From assembly GCA_024277935.1 (NCBI GenBank), contig JAJRUF010000190.1:495-64494 (forward strand): a stretch of 64,000 nt of DNA, written 5' to 3'. Positions 21,332 through 31,648 of this stretch are shown here, piece after piece. The stretch comes from Gammaproteobacteria bacterium. Lineage in GTDB: Bacteria; Pseudomonadota; Gammaproteobacteria; Methylococcales; Methylomonadaceae. Under the pieces are notes generated by a model that was not told where the DNA came from, did not search any database, and saw only the letters and a list, made by a program, of their open reading frames with translations. Both the position numbers and the translations under genes were made by a program. Each line of letters begins with the position of its first letter. Within the stretch, counting starts at the first letter, position 1.

Positions 21332-22174
21332 TTAGTTCTCTTTCATATCCAAGGCGGCCTGATACAACACTTTTTTTCTAGCGCCGGTTATTTCAGTGGC
21401 CATTGCTACGGCTGTTTTAATGGAGCATTGTTTTAATAAAACCTGCAAAATATGATTTTGTTCTTCTGTTATCTCTGCAGTATGCTTTTCAATAACAGCA
21501 CCTTCTACCAATACAACAAACTCGCCTTTTTGCATGTTATTGTCATTTTTCACCTTTTCCAGCACACTTTCTAAAGTATCGTTAACGACTGTTTCAAACA
21601 ACTTAGTTAATTCTCTAGCCACTACAACACGACGCTCTCCTGGTATAACTTCTAACAAATCTTCCAGTGAAGCTAAGATTCTATGACTGGATTCATAAAA
21701 AACCCATGTTGCAGTTTCACTTTTCTTTGCATTAAAAAATGTTTTTCTAGCTGTTGAAGTTCTAGGCAGGAACCCTTCGAAGGTGAACCGTGTAACAGGT
21801 AGGCCTGATACTGATAATGCTGCAATAACAGCACATGCCCCTGGGATGGGTGACACTTGTATATCATGTTGCTTTGCCAGCTTGACTAATGGCATACCTG
21901 GGTCACTTAATAATGGTGTTCCCGCATCAGAAACTAAAGCAATATTTAAACCGCCTTTTAACTTTTCTACCAAACTTGGTGCGGCTTGCTCTTCATTATG
22001 CTGGTGCATGGAAATCAGCTTATTGTTGATTGAGTAGTGTTGTAACAACATTTTGACATGCCTTGTATCTTCAGCGGCAATCAAGTCGACAGTTTTTAAA
22101 ATTTCCACAGCTCTATAGCTAAAATCTGCTAAATTGCCTATAGGTGTTGCAACAACGTATAATTTACCGCACAT
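21332..22174 (-). CDS. rsmI: 16S rRNA (cytidine1402-2'-O)-methyltransferase
   Basis: 280 aa. LYVVATPIGNLADFSYRA...AAEDTRH tetrapyrrole-methylase-fold signature. Divergent from lpoA, as in E. coli. Confidence 0.9.
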   Translation of the reverse strand: MCGKLYVVATPIGNLADFSYRAVEILKTVDLIAAEDTRHVKMLLQHYSINNKLISMHQHNEEQAAPSLVEKLKGGLNIALVSDAGTPLLSDPGMPLVKLAKQHDIQVSPIPGACAVIAALSVSGLPVTRFTFEGFLPRTSTARKTFFNAKKSETATWVFYESSHRILASLEDLLEVIPGERRVVVARELTKLFETVVNDTLESVLEKVKNDNNMQKGEFVVLVEGAVIEKHTAEITEEQNHILQVLLKQCSIKTAVAMATEITGARKKVLYQAALDMKEN

Positions 22175-22255
22175 TTAATAATTTTATCTCTTAATTTAAT
22201 ACTAAAATTTGAGAATAATCATATCCTCATTTTTAATCAATAGGCTAGTCTGTTT

Positions 22256-24127
22256 ATGAATCGCCATTATTTTGCTGTCATTACTTTTTGCTTCTTTATA
22301 ACTTCGGGTTGCGCGACTGAGTCAACTCGACACTATCAGGTGTTGAATGAAGCTGTTATTGCGGAAGCATTCACTCAAAGTGGTCAGCATAAACAAGCTG
22401 CCAATTTATATCAATCACTTGCAAGCTCAAAACCCACCCAGCGTGATGAGTTTAACCTTTTAGCGGCTGAGGCTTTTATACAGTCAGGTGATAACTCAAG
22501 TGCTCAATCAATTATAAGCCAAATAAACCCTACTTCATTAGATGTTGAGCAAGGTAGTAAATTAAATTTAATATTAGCCCAGATAAACTTAAGTGAAGGT
22601 GAGGCGGAGCAAGCACTTAATAGGCTCAACAATATCCAGCCTTACAATTTATCACTGGCAGATCAAGTTATATTTTACCAGTCTATGGCTTTTGCCCAAT
22701 CTTTGTCAGGTAAGCCATTAAAAAGTGTTAAAGCACGCATTAAACTTTCAGCATTACTGCAATCAGTCGAGCAACAATCTGAAAATAATAAAGTTATTTT
22801 AGATACTTTAAGTTTATTACCCCCTCAGATGCTTAATTATCAGCAAAATACATCTGATAATATATTTAATGGCTGGATAGCTTTAGCAAAAATACTTAAG
22901 GACAGCAGGTTAAACCAAAGTCCAATTGAATTTCAACTTAATTTAACGGAGTGGCAACGGTTATATCCCCACCACCCGGCTAATACAGATTTTATTCTGT
23001 CCTATTCTCAAGGATTAACAAATACCTTTAAATCACCTAATTCAGTTGCCATTTTACTTCCTGAGTCTGGCCCTTATGCCAAAGCAACAGAAGCTATAAA
23101 AGCTGGTTTCATGGCAGCTTATCATCAATCAGCTCTAGCTGAACAACCTTCTATCCGCTTTTATGATTCAGCCATTGAAAATATAGTTAATTTATATCAT
23201 TTAGCTATTTCGGAAGGTGCGGAATTAATTATTGGCCCGCTGAGTAAAGATAACATTCAAGAGCTTGCTTTAAGCACCGAGTTAACAACCCCTGTCCTGG
23301 CCTTAAATCATGTTTCCAACCTGGCTAAAGATAATTTATTTCAATTTGGATTAAGCCCTATTGATGAAGTTAAAGAATTAGTTAATAAGGCAAAATCTGA
23401 CGGCGTTGAAAAAGTATTGATTTTGGCTCCAGAGTCAAACCAAGGCCATCGTATGGCTGCCTATTTAACCGATTTCTGGCAACAAAGTGATAGCACTGTT
23501 CTTGAAACTCAGTTCTACAATAGGCGTGCGAGTGATTTCACTCCATCAATAAAAAGTCTACTTAACCTTGATGAAAGTAACTATCGCTATAAAAGACTAA
23601 AACAAACCTTAGCCCGTAATATTCAATTTACAGAACAGCGACGTAAAGATGTTGATGCAATTTTTCTCTCTGCATCCCCCCAAAAAGCACGCTCTATTTA
23701 TCCACAATTACAATTTTATAGAGCAACACAAGTCCCTGTTTACGCATTGCCTGAAATATATTCTGGTGAACCCAATCCACCAGCAGATATTGATCTAAAT
23801 GGCATTATTTTTTGTGATATTCCTTGGGTATTTCCAAAGCTTTACAGTGGGGAACTCAGCAAAGAATCATTACGAGACAGTTGGCAACGCTTACCTCAAA
23901 AGTATTTAAGGCTTATTGCGCTAGGTATAGATTCTTTCAACTTAAGCTCAAGATTAGCTGACCTTGCAAATGCACCTTATCAAGGTGCAACAGGGGGGTT
24001 ATCTATTAATTTAGAAAATAGAGTCACTCGCCAGTTAAGCTGTGCAAAATTTATTAATGGTAGCCCCGTTATTCAGGAGCCTAAAGAAGAAGGTGAGCCT
24101 TTTGATTTACAAGACTCACCTCTCTAA
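22256..24127 (+). CDS. lpoA: Penicillin-binding protein activator LpoA
   Basis: 623 aa. Lipobox ITSGC, an N-terminal TPR-like half and a C-terminal periplasmic-binding-protein-like half. It fits the rsmI/yraN synteny. Confidence 0.8.
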   Translation: MNRHYFAVITFCFFITSGCATESTRHYQVLNEAVIAEAFTQSGQHKQAANLYQSLASSKPTQRDEFNLLAAEAFIQSGDNSSAQSIISQINPTSLDVEQGSKLNLILAQINLSEGEAEQALNRLNNIQPYNLSLADQVIFYQSMAFAQSLSGKPLKSVKARIKLSALLQSVEQQSENNKVILDTLSLLPPQMLNYQQNTSDNIFNGWIALAKILKDSRLNQSPIEFQLNLTEWQRLYPHHPANTDFILSYSQGLTNTFKSPNSVAILLPESGPYAKATEAIKAGFMAAYHQSALAEQPSIRFYDSAIENIVNLYHLAISEGAELIIGPLSKDNIQELALSTELTTPVLALNHVSNLAKDNLFQFGLSPIDEVKELVNKAKSDGVEKVLILAPESNQGHRMAAYLTDFWQQSDSTVLETQFYNRRASDFTPSIKSLLNLDESNYRYKRLKQTLARNIQFTEQRRKDVDAIFLSASPQKARSIYPQLQFYRATQVPVYALPEIYSGEPNPPADIDLNGIIFCDIPWVFPKLYSGELSKESLRDSWQRLPQKYLRLIALGIDSFNLSSRLADLANAPYQGATGGLSINLENRVTRQLSCAKFINGSPVIQEPKEEGEPFDLQDSPL

Positions 24128-24489
24128 TGTTCAATTTTTATCGCCCTTTACACCTATTACAAGGTGAAAAATCAGAACAGCAGGCCTATGATTTTTTATT
24201 ACAACAAGGTCTACAACTTGTTGAGAAAAATTTTAGCTGTAAATACGGTGAAATTGATTTAATCATGAAGGATGCGGAGACGCTTATTATTGTTGAGGTC
24301 AGGTATAGAAAATCTAATAAATATGGGGGGGCAATAGAAAGTATCTCGCAGAAAAAACAATCCCGTATAATAGCAACAACACAATATTACTTATCAAGCC
24401 ATAAAGTAAATAGCAAAATTCGCTTTGATGTTATTGCCATGTCTAAAAACGCTGACATTAACTGGATAAAAAATGCCTTTCAAACATAA
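24127..24489 (+). CDS. yraN: UPF0102 (YraN) endonuclease-like protein
   Basis: 120 aa. GEIDLIM...VEVRYR core, conserved position. Confidence 0.8.
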   Translation: MFNFYRPLHLLQGEKSEQQAYDFLLQQGLQLVEKNFSCKYGEIDLIMKDAETLIIVEVRYRKSNKYGGAIESISQKKQSRIIATTQYYLSSHKVNSKIRFDVIAMSKNADINWIKNAFQT

Positions 24490-24493
24490 GTAA

Positions 24494-25114
<621 letters not shown>

Positions 25115-25116
25115 GC

Positions 25117-25704
25117 ATGAAACAAATAATGCTGTTTATTCTTTTTTCAATGATACTCTCGGGATGTTCAACCCTAATGACTGGCTTAGCCGAAATAACA
25201 GGGCTTTCTCTATTGCATGATCGTCGAACCAGCGAAGAGATTTTACAAGATGAAGGTATAGAAATTAATGCAGGAATCGAGTTAAACTCCCATGATGATA
25301 CCCGAAAACAGTGTCATTTTAATGTTACCGCTTATAATGGAATTGTATTAGTCACTGGAGAAGCCCCTACTGAGACATTACGCAATAAAGTTATCAATAT
25401 TGTCCGCTCAATCAAAGGCGTAAAATCTGTTTACAATGAAATGAAAATAGCCCCTCTTTCCTCTTTAGCTACACGCGCTCGTGATACGTTCATCACCACA
25501 AAAATAAAATCATCTTTAAGTAATATTAAAAATTTACCAGGGTTTGATGCTACTCGCGTAAAAGTTGTTACAGAAAGTGGTGTTGTTTACCTTCTTGGGC
25601 TAGTTCACCAACAAGAAGCCAATGTTGCAACTGAAATTGCACGTCGAGAAACAGGCGTTAAGCAAGTGGTGAAAAATTTTGAACTTATTGAATACCAACA
25701 ATAA
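25117..25704 (+). CDS. dolP: Dual-BON-domain lipoprotein DolP/YraP
   Basis: 195 aa. Lipobox LSGCS and two BON repeats. Conserved position after diaA. Confidence 0.8.
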   Translation: MKQIMLFILFSMILSGCSTLMTGLAEITGLSLLHDRRTSEEILQDEGIEINAGIELNSHDDTRKQCHFNVTAYNGIVLVTGEAPTETLRNKVINIVRSIKGVKSVYNEMKIAPLSSLATRARDTFITTKIKSSLSNIKNLPGFDATRVKVVTESGVVYLLGLVHQQEANVATEIARRETGVKQVVKNFELIEYQQ

Positions 25705-26078
25705 ACAAGGGGGGGGCAAAAAACCTAATATTCTCACCACAGAGCTCACGATGAACGCAGGGGGTTTTGATCGTTAAGCCACTATAAACTCAGTGCTTAT
25801 TATTAAATTTCTTTAAATGCTATACTTCACTCAATCACGAGTGCGGAATTATAGTAAGTTGATTTTTATTGCTAGCAACGACAGCATGAATACAGGCGCA
25901 TAGCAAGCTACGCAACTGTTTTTGTAACACAGAAGATGGACAAAAAGACTAGCGAGTTACTCAAGTTATTTCGTGCACCTTCCTTATTCATAATTAACAC
26001 CCTTTGGGACAGAGTGCTTTAAAATATAATTTAGTCGGCTGTTAATCCCCCCCCTTTTTTCAGTATTAAGGTTTTCAA

Positions 26079-26948
26079 ATGAATGCTCAATCTTTAGCCA
26101 ATCAAGTCAGATCTCTATTTTCACTACCCGAAGTGGCTTTAAGAGTCAATGAAGTTCTTAATTCTTCCAACCCTTCAAATAAGGAATTAGAAGAAATTAT
26201 CATTAATGATCCGGCCTTAACTGCAAAAATTTTAAAAATTGTTAACAGCTCTTATTTTGGCTTCCCGGCAACAATAGATACCGTTTCCAGAGCTATCACT
26301 ATTATTGGGCTAAAAGAACTAAGCATCCTGGTACTAACAACTTCAGTAACCACAACTTTTAAAGGCGTACCCGCTGAGTTAATTGATATGGATATTTTTT
26401 GGTTTCATAGTATTACCAGTGCAGTGCTCGCTAAATTACTAGCTAAACGACTCAATCATGCTGACCATGAACGCTTATATATTGGTGGTTTACTGCATAG
26501 TATTGGCAGATTAATTTATATAACTCAATGTCCTGAAATATCACGAGAAATTCTCAACCAAAAAGCTCAGGGGGAAGGTGCAATTATTGCTGCAGAAGTT
26601 GAGAATTTAGGATTTAATTACGCAGAATTAGGTGCAGAACTGTTAAAAATTTGGCAACTGCCTGAAAACATCTGGCAAATGATTAGTCACCACCTTGACC
26701 CATTGAATTCAAAACAATTTATCCAGGATACTTGCTTACTTCATGTAGCCAGTCAAATCGCCAGCTGCATAGAGCCCTGTGCAAAATATGATTTTAATGT
26801 GGAAGAGATTGAACCCCGCTACATACCTGGCGTTATTGAACACTTGGGTTTATCGCCCAATCAAATTTCATACTGTATTGATGAAGCGCTATTACAATCT
26901 TTTGATATTATTAATATCATTAATCCAAAAGCAACTTCAATTTTTTAA
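26079..26948 (+). CDS. HDOD-domain signalling protein
   Basis: 289 aa. LPEVALRVNEVL...DPALTAKILKIVNSSYFG...AITIIG HDOD signature. Confidence 0.8.
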   Translation: MNAQSLANQVRSLFSLPEVALRVNEVLNSSNPSNKELEEIIINDPALTAKILKIVNSSYFGFPATIDTVSRAITIIGLKELSILVLTTSVTTTFKGVPAELIDMDIFWFHSITSAVLAKLLAKRLNHADHERLYIGGLLHSIGRLIYITQCPEISREILNQKAQGEGAIIAAEVENLGFNYAELGAELLKIWQLPENIWQMISHHLDPLNSKQFIQDTCLLHVASQIASCIEPCAKYDFNVEEIEPRYIPGVIEHLGLSPNQISYCIDEALLQSFDIINIINPKATSIF

Positions 26949-27282
26949 GATGGCTATGCCACCGTTAAGGACTGAGGATGAAAAGTTGAAGTCACTCTAA
27001 AAAAGCCTTCTCCAGCTGGTGAGAGCTTAAGAACCAACTAAATTCCACATTTAACGGTGATATAGCCAAAAAGATTGGGGGAAAGTGATTGTGTATACAT
27101 AGTGAATCTACCTGAGATAATTACTATTTCATTATCAGTAGCAATTATAATTTCTTTAATCCACCTTACATTCATATCAGCAAAAATTATTATTTGATTT
27201 TATACTCTTCGCCTTTTATGATTGAATGGTACTTCACACGGTTACCACTACGGTTTTACCCATTTAACAAAAGGCAATTCAA

Positions 27283-27852
27283 ATGACTACTTCATTTTAT
27301 AAGCTCTTTACAGTTTTATTTATTTCATTTTTTTCATTTAGCTCCTTAGTACACTCTGCTGATATAGAAGCAGGAAAAAATAAAGCAGAAGTATGCCAAG
27401 GGTGTCATGGTATAGAAGGTAAAAGTCAAAGCGCATTCTATCCAAACCTAGCCGGTCAACGTGCTTTATACCTTGAAAATCAACTAAAAGCATTTCAATC
27501 GGGAAGGCGAATAAATCCTATGATGCAATCAATGGCTAAAAACTTAAGTAAACAAGAGATAAAAAATATCTCTGCTTATTTTGCCAGTATTACATTGGAA
27601 AAGGATAAAAAAAGCCCCCTCGTTGATATCAAGGGAAAAAACAAAATTACCATGTGCTTAGGTTGCCATGGGAGCACAGCAAGAGGCATGGCAAACTTCC
27701 CAAGGCTTGCCGGTCAACAATCTGCTTATTTAAAAAAACAACTGCTAAATTTTAAAAATAAGACACGAAAAGGTGGGCCAATGAACAGTATTGCTTCATC
27801 ATTATCTGAACAAGATATTGATGAAATTGTGACTTATCTAGGCAGTTTGTAA
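27283..27852 (+). CDS. Di-heme cytochrome c4
   Basis: 189 aa with a signal peptide. Two CxxCH sites (CQGCH, CLGCH), each followed by P(N/R)LAGQ and a distal Met region. Confidence 0.85.
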   Translation: MTTSFYKLFTVLFISFFSFSSLVHSADIEAGKNKAEVCQGCHGIEGKSQSAFYPNLAGQRALYLENQLKAFQSGRRINPMMQSMAKNLSKQEIKNISAYFASITLEKDKKSPLVDIKGKNKITMCLGCHGSTARGMANFPRLAGQQSAYLKKQLLNFKNKTRKGGPMNSIASSLSEQDIDEIVTYLGSL

Positions 27853-27873
27853 GCTATAAATAGAGACTCTATT

Positions 27874-28701
27874 ATGGAAAACTTTAGTGTTGATGCTTAT
27901 ACACCCAAAGAAATTGCTCAACGAATTGAAAAAGTTAGTATCAGTAAAAGTACTTTAGACCCATTAAGAGTATTTGCCTTATCTATGCTAGCAGGCGCAT
28001 TTATCGCTTTTGCCGCCGTTTTTTATACCCTCGTTATTCACGATTCCAGCCTAAGTTCAGGTATCACAAGACTACTAGGTGGCTTAGTCTTTTGCCTCGG
28101 TTTGATTTTAGTGATTATTGCAGGTGCCGAACTATTTACCGGCAATAATTTATTAGTAATGGCTTATGTTGATAAAAAAATAACCTTGAAACAATTGATG
28201 ACCAACTGGTTAATTGTTTTTGTTGGTAATTTAGTCGGGTCCATAGGGATTGTTATCTTAATTTTCTTGAGTGACCAATGGTTAATAAGTGGTGGGGCTC
28301 TTGGGGCCAAAGCAATAGTAATTGCTAATAGTAAAGTGAATTTAGATTTTATACCTGCATTTTCTCGCGGTATTTTATGTAATGCATTAGTCTGTATGTC
28401 AGTATGGATGTGCTTTGCCTGCCATTCTGTTACCGATAAAATATTAACTATTATATTTCCAATCACAGGTTTTGTAGCTATGGGGTTTGAACACTCTGTC
28501 GCTAATATGTATTTTATTCCAGCTGGTATATTAGCGCAAATGAACCCTGATATTCTACAGATGGTTGATCCGTCAATTGATCTATCCAAGCTAAATTTAA
28601 TAGGGTTTTTACATAACCTATTACCCGTAACTCTCGGAAATATTGTTGGTGGTAGTTTTTTTGTCGGTATAATTTACTGGTTCATTTATCTAAGATCATA
28701 A
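27874..28701 (+). CDS. Formate/nitrite transporter family channel
   Basis: 275 aa, six TM segments. FNT signatures GAELFTGN and GFEHSVANM. The substrate cannot be assigned from sequence alone. Confidence 0.85.
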   Translation: MENFSVDAYTPKEIAQRIEKVSISKSTLDPLRVFALSMLAGAFIAFAAVFYTLVIHDSSLSSGITRLLGGLVFCLGLILVIIAGAELFTGNNLLVMAYVDKKITLKQLMTNWLIVFVGNLVGSIGIVILIFLSDQWLISGGALGAKAIVIANSKVNLDFIPAFSRGILCNALVCMSVWMCFACHSVTDKILTIIFPITGFVAMGFEHSVANMYFIPAGILAQMNPDILQMVDPSIDLSKLNLIGFLHNLLPVTLGNIVGGSFFVGIIYWFIYLRS

Positions 28702-28720
28702 TAAAAAATCTAACTTTTTT

Positions 28721-28772
28721 ACCATAAAAACACTGAGTTTTTTGAGTACTAAGCCTCAGTGTTCTTTATGGT
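28721..28772. terminator. Long hairpin between convergent genes, belonging to a short repeat family
   Basis: ACCATAAAAACACTGAG / CTCAGTGTTCTTTATGGT form a roughly 17-bp stem with one bulge. The following 15-mer CTTTATGGTTATTTT recurs exactly at 47685-47699. Confidence 0.5.
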
Positions 28773-28840
28773 TATTTTGAATATGTCTTTATATTACTTT
28801 TTGTTAACATAATTTTTCACAGCGACTTACCTGTCAGGTT

Positions 28841-28990
28841 TTACCAGCTATTAGAACCATCATCACCGTCCTCGTCATCTCTGAGTTTAAAACCTTTTGG
28901 TAATTTTGGTTTTTTCGCAGTCCTAAGCAAAACAAAGGCACCACCAAAAACCAGGCATATTGCTAATAACACAAATCCAATGAGTAGCAT
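28841..28990 (-). CDS. Possible 49-aa single-TM small protein
   Basis: My own translation: MLLIGFVLLAICLVFGGAFVLLRTAKKPKLPKGFKLRDDEDGDDGSNSW*. It is preceded by a GGGGGGAG RBS. It is below the ORF-track length cutoff. Confidence 0.35.
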   Translation of the reverse strand: MLLIGFVLLAICLVFGGAFVLLRTAKKPKLPKGFKLRDDEDGDDGSNSW

Positions 28991-29056
28991 AATCTCCCCC
29001 CTGTTTTTACAAAAATGTTAGAATACTAACAAATTGATTATTAACGAAAAACCCCA

Positions 29057-30394
29057 ATGAAACAAGTAGAATTACTTTCCCCTGCCGGCACCTTGAAAAA
29101 TATGCGCTATGCCTTTGCTTACGGAGCAGATGCAGTTTATGCTGGGCAACCCAGATATAGCCTCCGTGTGAGAAATAATGATTTTCTCGAAGACAACCTA
29201 GCAAAAGGTATCAATGAGGCTCACTCTTTAGGGAAAAAGTTTTTCCTAGCAACTAATGTTATCCCTCACAATACAAAGGTTAAAACTTTTATTGCAGATA
29301 TGGAACCTGTTGTTGCCATGAAACCTGACGCATTGATAATGGCTGACCCCGGCTTAATCATGATGACCAGAGAAAAATGGTCGGAAATGCCTATTCACTT
29401 GTCGGTTCAAGCGAATACTGTTAATTTTGCTAGTGTAAAATTCTGGCAAAGTATGGGAGTAGAACGCATCATTCTTTCTCGTGAATTATCTTTAGATGAG
29501 GTGGAGGAAATTCGCCAGCAATGCCCTGATATTGAATTAGAAGTATTTGTTCATGGTGCTTTATGTATTGCTTATTCTGGTCGCTGCTTATTATCAGGCT
29601 ATTTTAACCATAGAGACCCAAACCAAGGAACCTGTACTAATTCATGTCGCTGGAAATATGACACCTTGCCCGCTCATGAAAATGCTGAGGGTGATTACGT
29701 TTTAGATAATGCTGCTATTTCAATGAATGATATTAGCAATGCAAGCTGTGGTGGTGCTGAGCGTCACCCTCTAGCTGATAAAACTTACTTTCTGGAAGAA
29801 GAAGGAAGAAAAGGTGAGTTACTCCCTGTGATGGAAGATGAAAACGGCACTTACATCATGAACTCTAAAGATTTACGCGCTATTGAGCATGTTCAGCGCT
29901 TGGTCGATATAGGCATTGATTGCCTTAAAATTGAGGGGCGCACTAAATCACATTACTATGTTGCCCGTACAGCTCAGGCTTATAGACAGGCTATAGACGA
30001 TGCTCTAGCTGGGCGTGATTTTCAACCAAAATTAATCGGTGTATTAGAGAACCTTGCCAACAGAGGGTATACCGATGGTTTTTATCAACGCCATCATACC
30101 CACGAACAACAAAACTATATAACAGGGTACTCTAAAAGTCACCAACAACAATTTTGTGGTGAAATCAGATCATACGATAATAAAACGGGTATTGCTGAAA
30201 TTAATGTAAAAAATAAATTTTCAGTAGGCGATAAAGTTGAGCTTATACTTCCAGAAGGCAATCAGGATATTATTATTGAAAGTATGACGGATATGTATAA
30301 TCACGATATGCAAGAAGCTGCAGGTGGTGGATATGAAGTTAAAATCCCATTACCTAAAGGATGCTCCCAAGGTTTATTATCTAGGTATATTTGA
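29057..30394 (+). CDS. yegQ: U32-family peptidase-like protein YegQ (TrhP)
   Basis: 445 aa. The N-terminus ELLSPAGTLKNMRYAFAYGADAVYAGQPRYSLRVRNN is nearly identical to E. coli YegQ as I recall it. It also has the SGRCLLSGY...GTCTNSCRW Cys cluster. Confidence 0.88.
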   Translation: MKQVELLSPAGTLKNMRYAFAYGADAVYAGQPRYSLRVRNNDFLEDNLAKGINEAHSLGKKFFLATNVIPHNTKVKTFIADMEPVVAMKPDALIMADPGLIMMTREKWSEMPIHLSVQANTVNFASVKFWQSMGVERIILSRELSLDEVEEIRQQCPDIELEVFVHGALCIAYSGRCLLSGYFNHRDPNQGTCTNSCRWKYDTLPAHENAEGDYVLDNAAISMNDISNASCGGAERHPLADKTYFLEEEGRKGELLPVMEDENGTYIMNSKDLRAIEHVQRLVDIGIDCLKIEGRTKSHYYVARTAQAYRQAIDDALAGRDFQPKLIGVLENLANRGYTDGFYQRHHTHEQQNYITGYSKSHQQQFCGEIRSYDNKTGIAEINVKNKFSVGDKVELILPEGNQDIIIESMTDMYNHDMQEAAGGGYEVKIPLPKGCSQGLLSRYI

Positions 30395-30432
30395 GAGCAG
30401 GTTCAAGGTAAAAAGAGCAGGAGATAAAACTC

Positions 30433-30456
30433 AGAAGGTTCTTTATTGAACCTTCT
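30433..30456 (+). terminator. Hairpin downstream of yegQ
   Basis: AGAAGGTTC-tttatt-GAACCTTCT followed by a T-rich stretch. Confidence 0.45.
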
Positions 30457-30527
30457 CTTTATCCTTTATTAATTTTAAGCAGTTAAGTTAAAATAACACC
30501 CAATTAACCAAGTAAAGAAGTCAAAAT

Positions 30528-31484
30528 ATGCAAATTAAACTCGCTAATCCCCGTGGATTTTGTGCTGGTGTAGATCGTGCCATTGAAATTGTAGACCAAG
30601 CGCTTGAGGCCTTTGGCGCACCGATTTATGTACGTCATGAAGTGGTACATAACCGTACTGTTGTTGAAGGATTAAGAGATAAAGGTGCCATTTTTATAGA
30701 AGATGTCAGTGAAGTACCGGAAGGGTCTTACTTAATTTTTAGTGCTCATGGCGTATCAAAAAAAGTACAACAAGAGTCTAAAGATCGTAACCTAACAGTC
30801 TTCGATGCAACCTGCCCCTTAGTCACAAAAGTCCATATTCAGGTTGCCAAACACGCCAAAGCAGGGCGAGAAGCTATTTTAATTGGTCATGCCGGGCATC
30901 CAGAGGTAGAAGGCACTATGGGTCAGTATGAAAAACTAGCAGGGTCAAAAGGTGGTATGTATTTAGTAGAAACGCCTGAAGATGTTAAAAACTTAAAAGT
31001 TAATGACCCAGAAAACTTGGCTTATGTTACCCAAACAACATTGTCTATGACTGATACTCAAGTGATGGTTGATGCCTTACATAAATACCTTCCTTCCATT
31101 CAAGAGCAAAAGAAAGACGATATTTGTTATGCCACCCAAAACCGTCAGGATGCTGTTCATGAACTAGCTGAAACAGCTGATGTTATCTTAGTTGTAGGTT
31201 CTCCTAATAGCTCCAATTCAAACCGTTTACGCGAAATTGCAGAGCAGTTAGGTAAAAGAGCTTATTTAATTGACACCTACGCGGATATGCACCAATCTTG
31301 GTTTGACGGCATTGATTCCGTAGGTGTAACAGCGGGTGCTTCAGCCCCTGAAGTATTAGTTCAAGCCGTTATTGAGCAGTTAAAAAAATGGGGTGGAGAT
31401 AGTGCTGTGGAAATACAGGGTATTGAAGAAAAAGTAGTATTTTCCATGCCTAAAGAGCTAAAAAAACATATTACTAACAACTAG
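30528..31484 (+). CDS. ispH: 4-hydroxy-3-methylbut-2-enyl diphosphate reductase
   Basis: 318 aa. [30 protein letters not shown] and SSNSNRL motifs. Confidence 0.95.
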   Translation: MQIKLANPRGFCAGVDRAIEIVDQALEAFGAPIYVRHEVVHNRTVVEGLRDKGAIFIEDVSEVPEGSYLIFSAHGVSKKVQQESKDRNLTVFDATCPLVTKVHIQVAKHAKAGREAILIGHAGHPEVEGTMGQYEKLAGSKGGMYLVETPEDVKNLKVNDPENLAYVTQTTLSMTDTQVMVDALHKYLPSIQEQKKDDICYATQNRQDAVHELAETADVILVVGSPNSSNSNRLREIAEQLGKRAYLIDTYADMHQSWFDGIDSVGVTAGASAPEVLVQAVIEQLKKWGGDSAVEIQGIEEKVVFSMPKELKKHITNN

Positions 31485-31531
31485 AAATAAATAAAAGTTC
31501 AAAGTAGCGTCCCCCCCATTAAACAAGCTAT

Positions 31532-31599
31532 GTAGGATGTGCTGAGGAACGAAGCGCATCGTTAACAATTGATGCGCTTCGTTCCTCAGCACATCCTAC
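31532..31599. repeat. REP-like perfect palindrome (29-bp arms, 10-nt loop)
   Basis: GTAGGATGTGCTGAGGAACGAAGCGCATC-gttaacaatt-GATGCGCTTCGTTCCTCAGCACATCCTAC, between the convergent ispH and K+ channel genes. Related copies lie at 38815-38889 and 55938-56006. Confidence 0.85.
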
Positions 31600-31648
31600 T
31601 TATAGCAATAATGCTAGAGCATTTTATATTTTAACAATAAGCTAACCC

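Noticed and set aside
25709-26060. G8CA6 ... C8T6 as a long-range closing stem of a structured RNA.
   Set aside because: Only the G8/C8 parts can pair. The A6 and T6 tracts are on the wrong sides to extend the helix, and nothing else in the gap supports a conserved fold.
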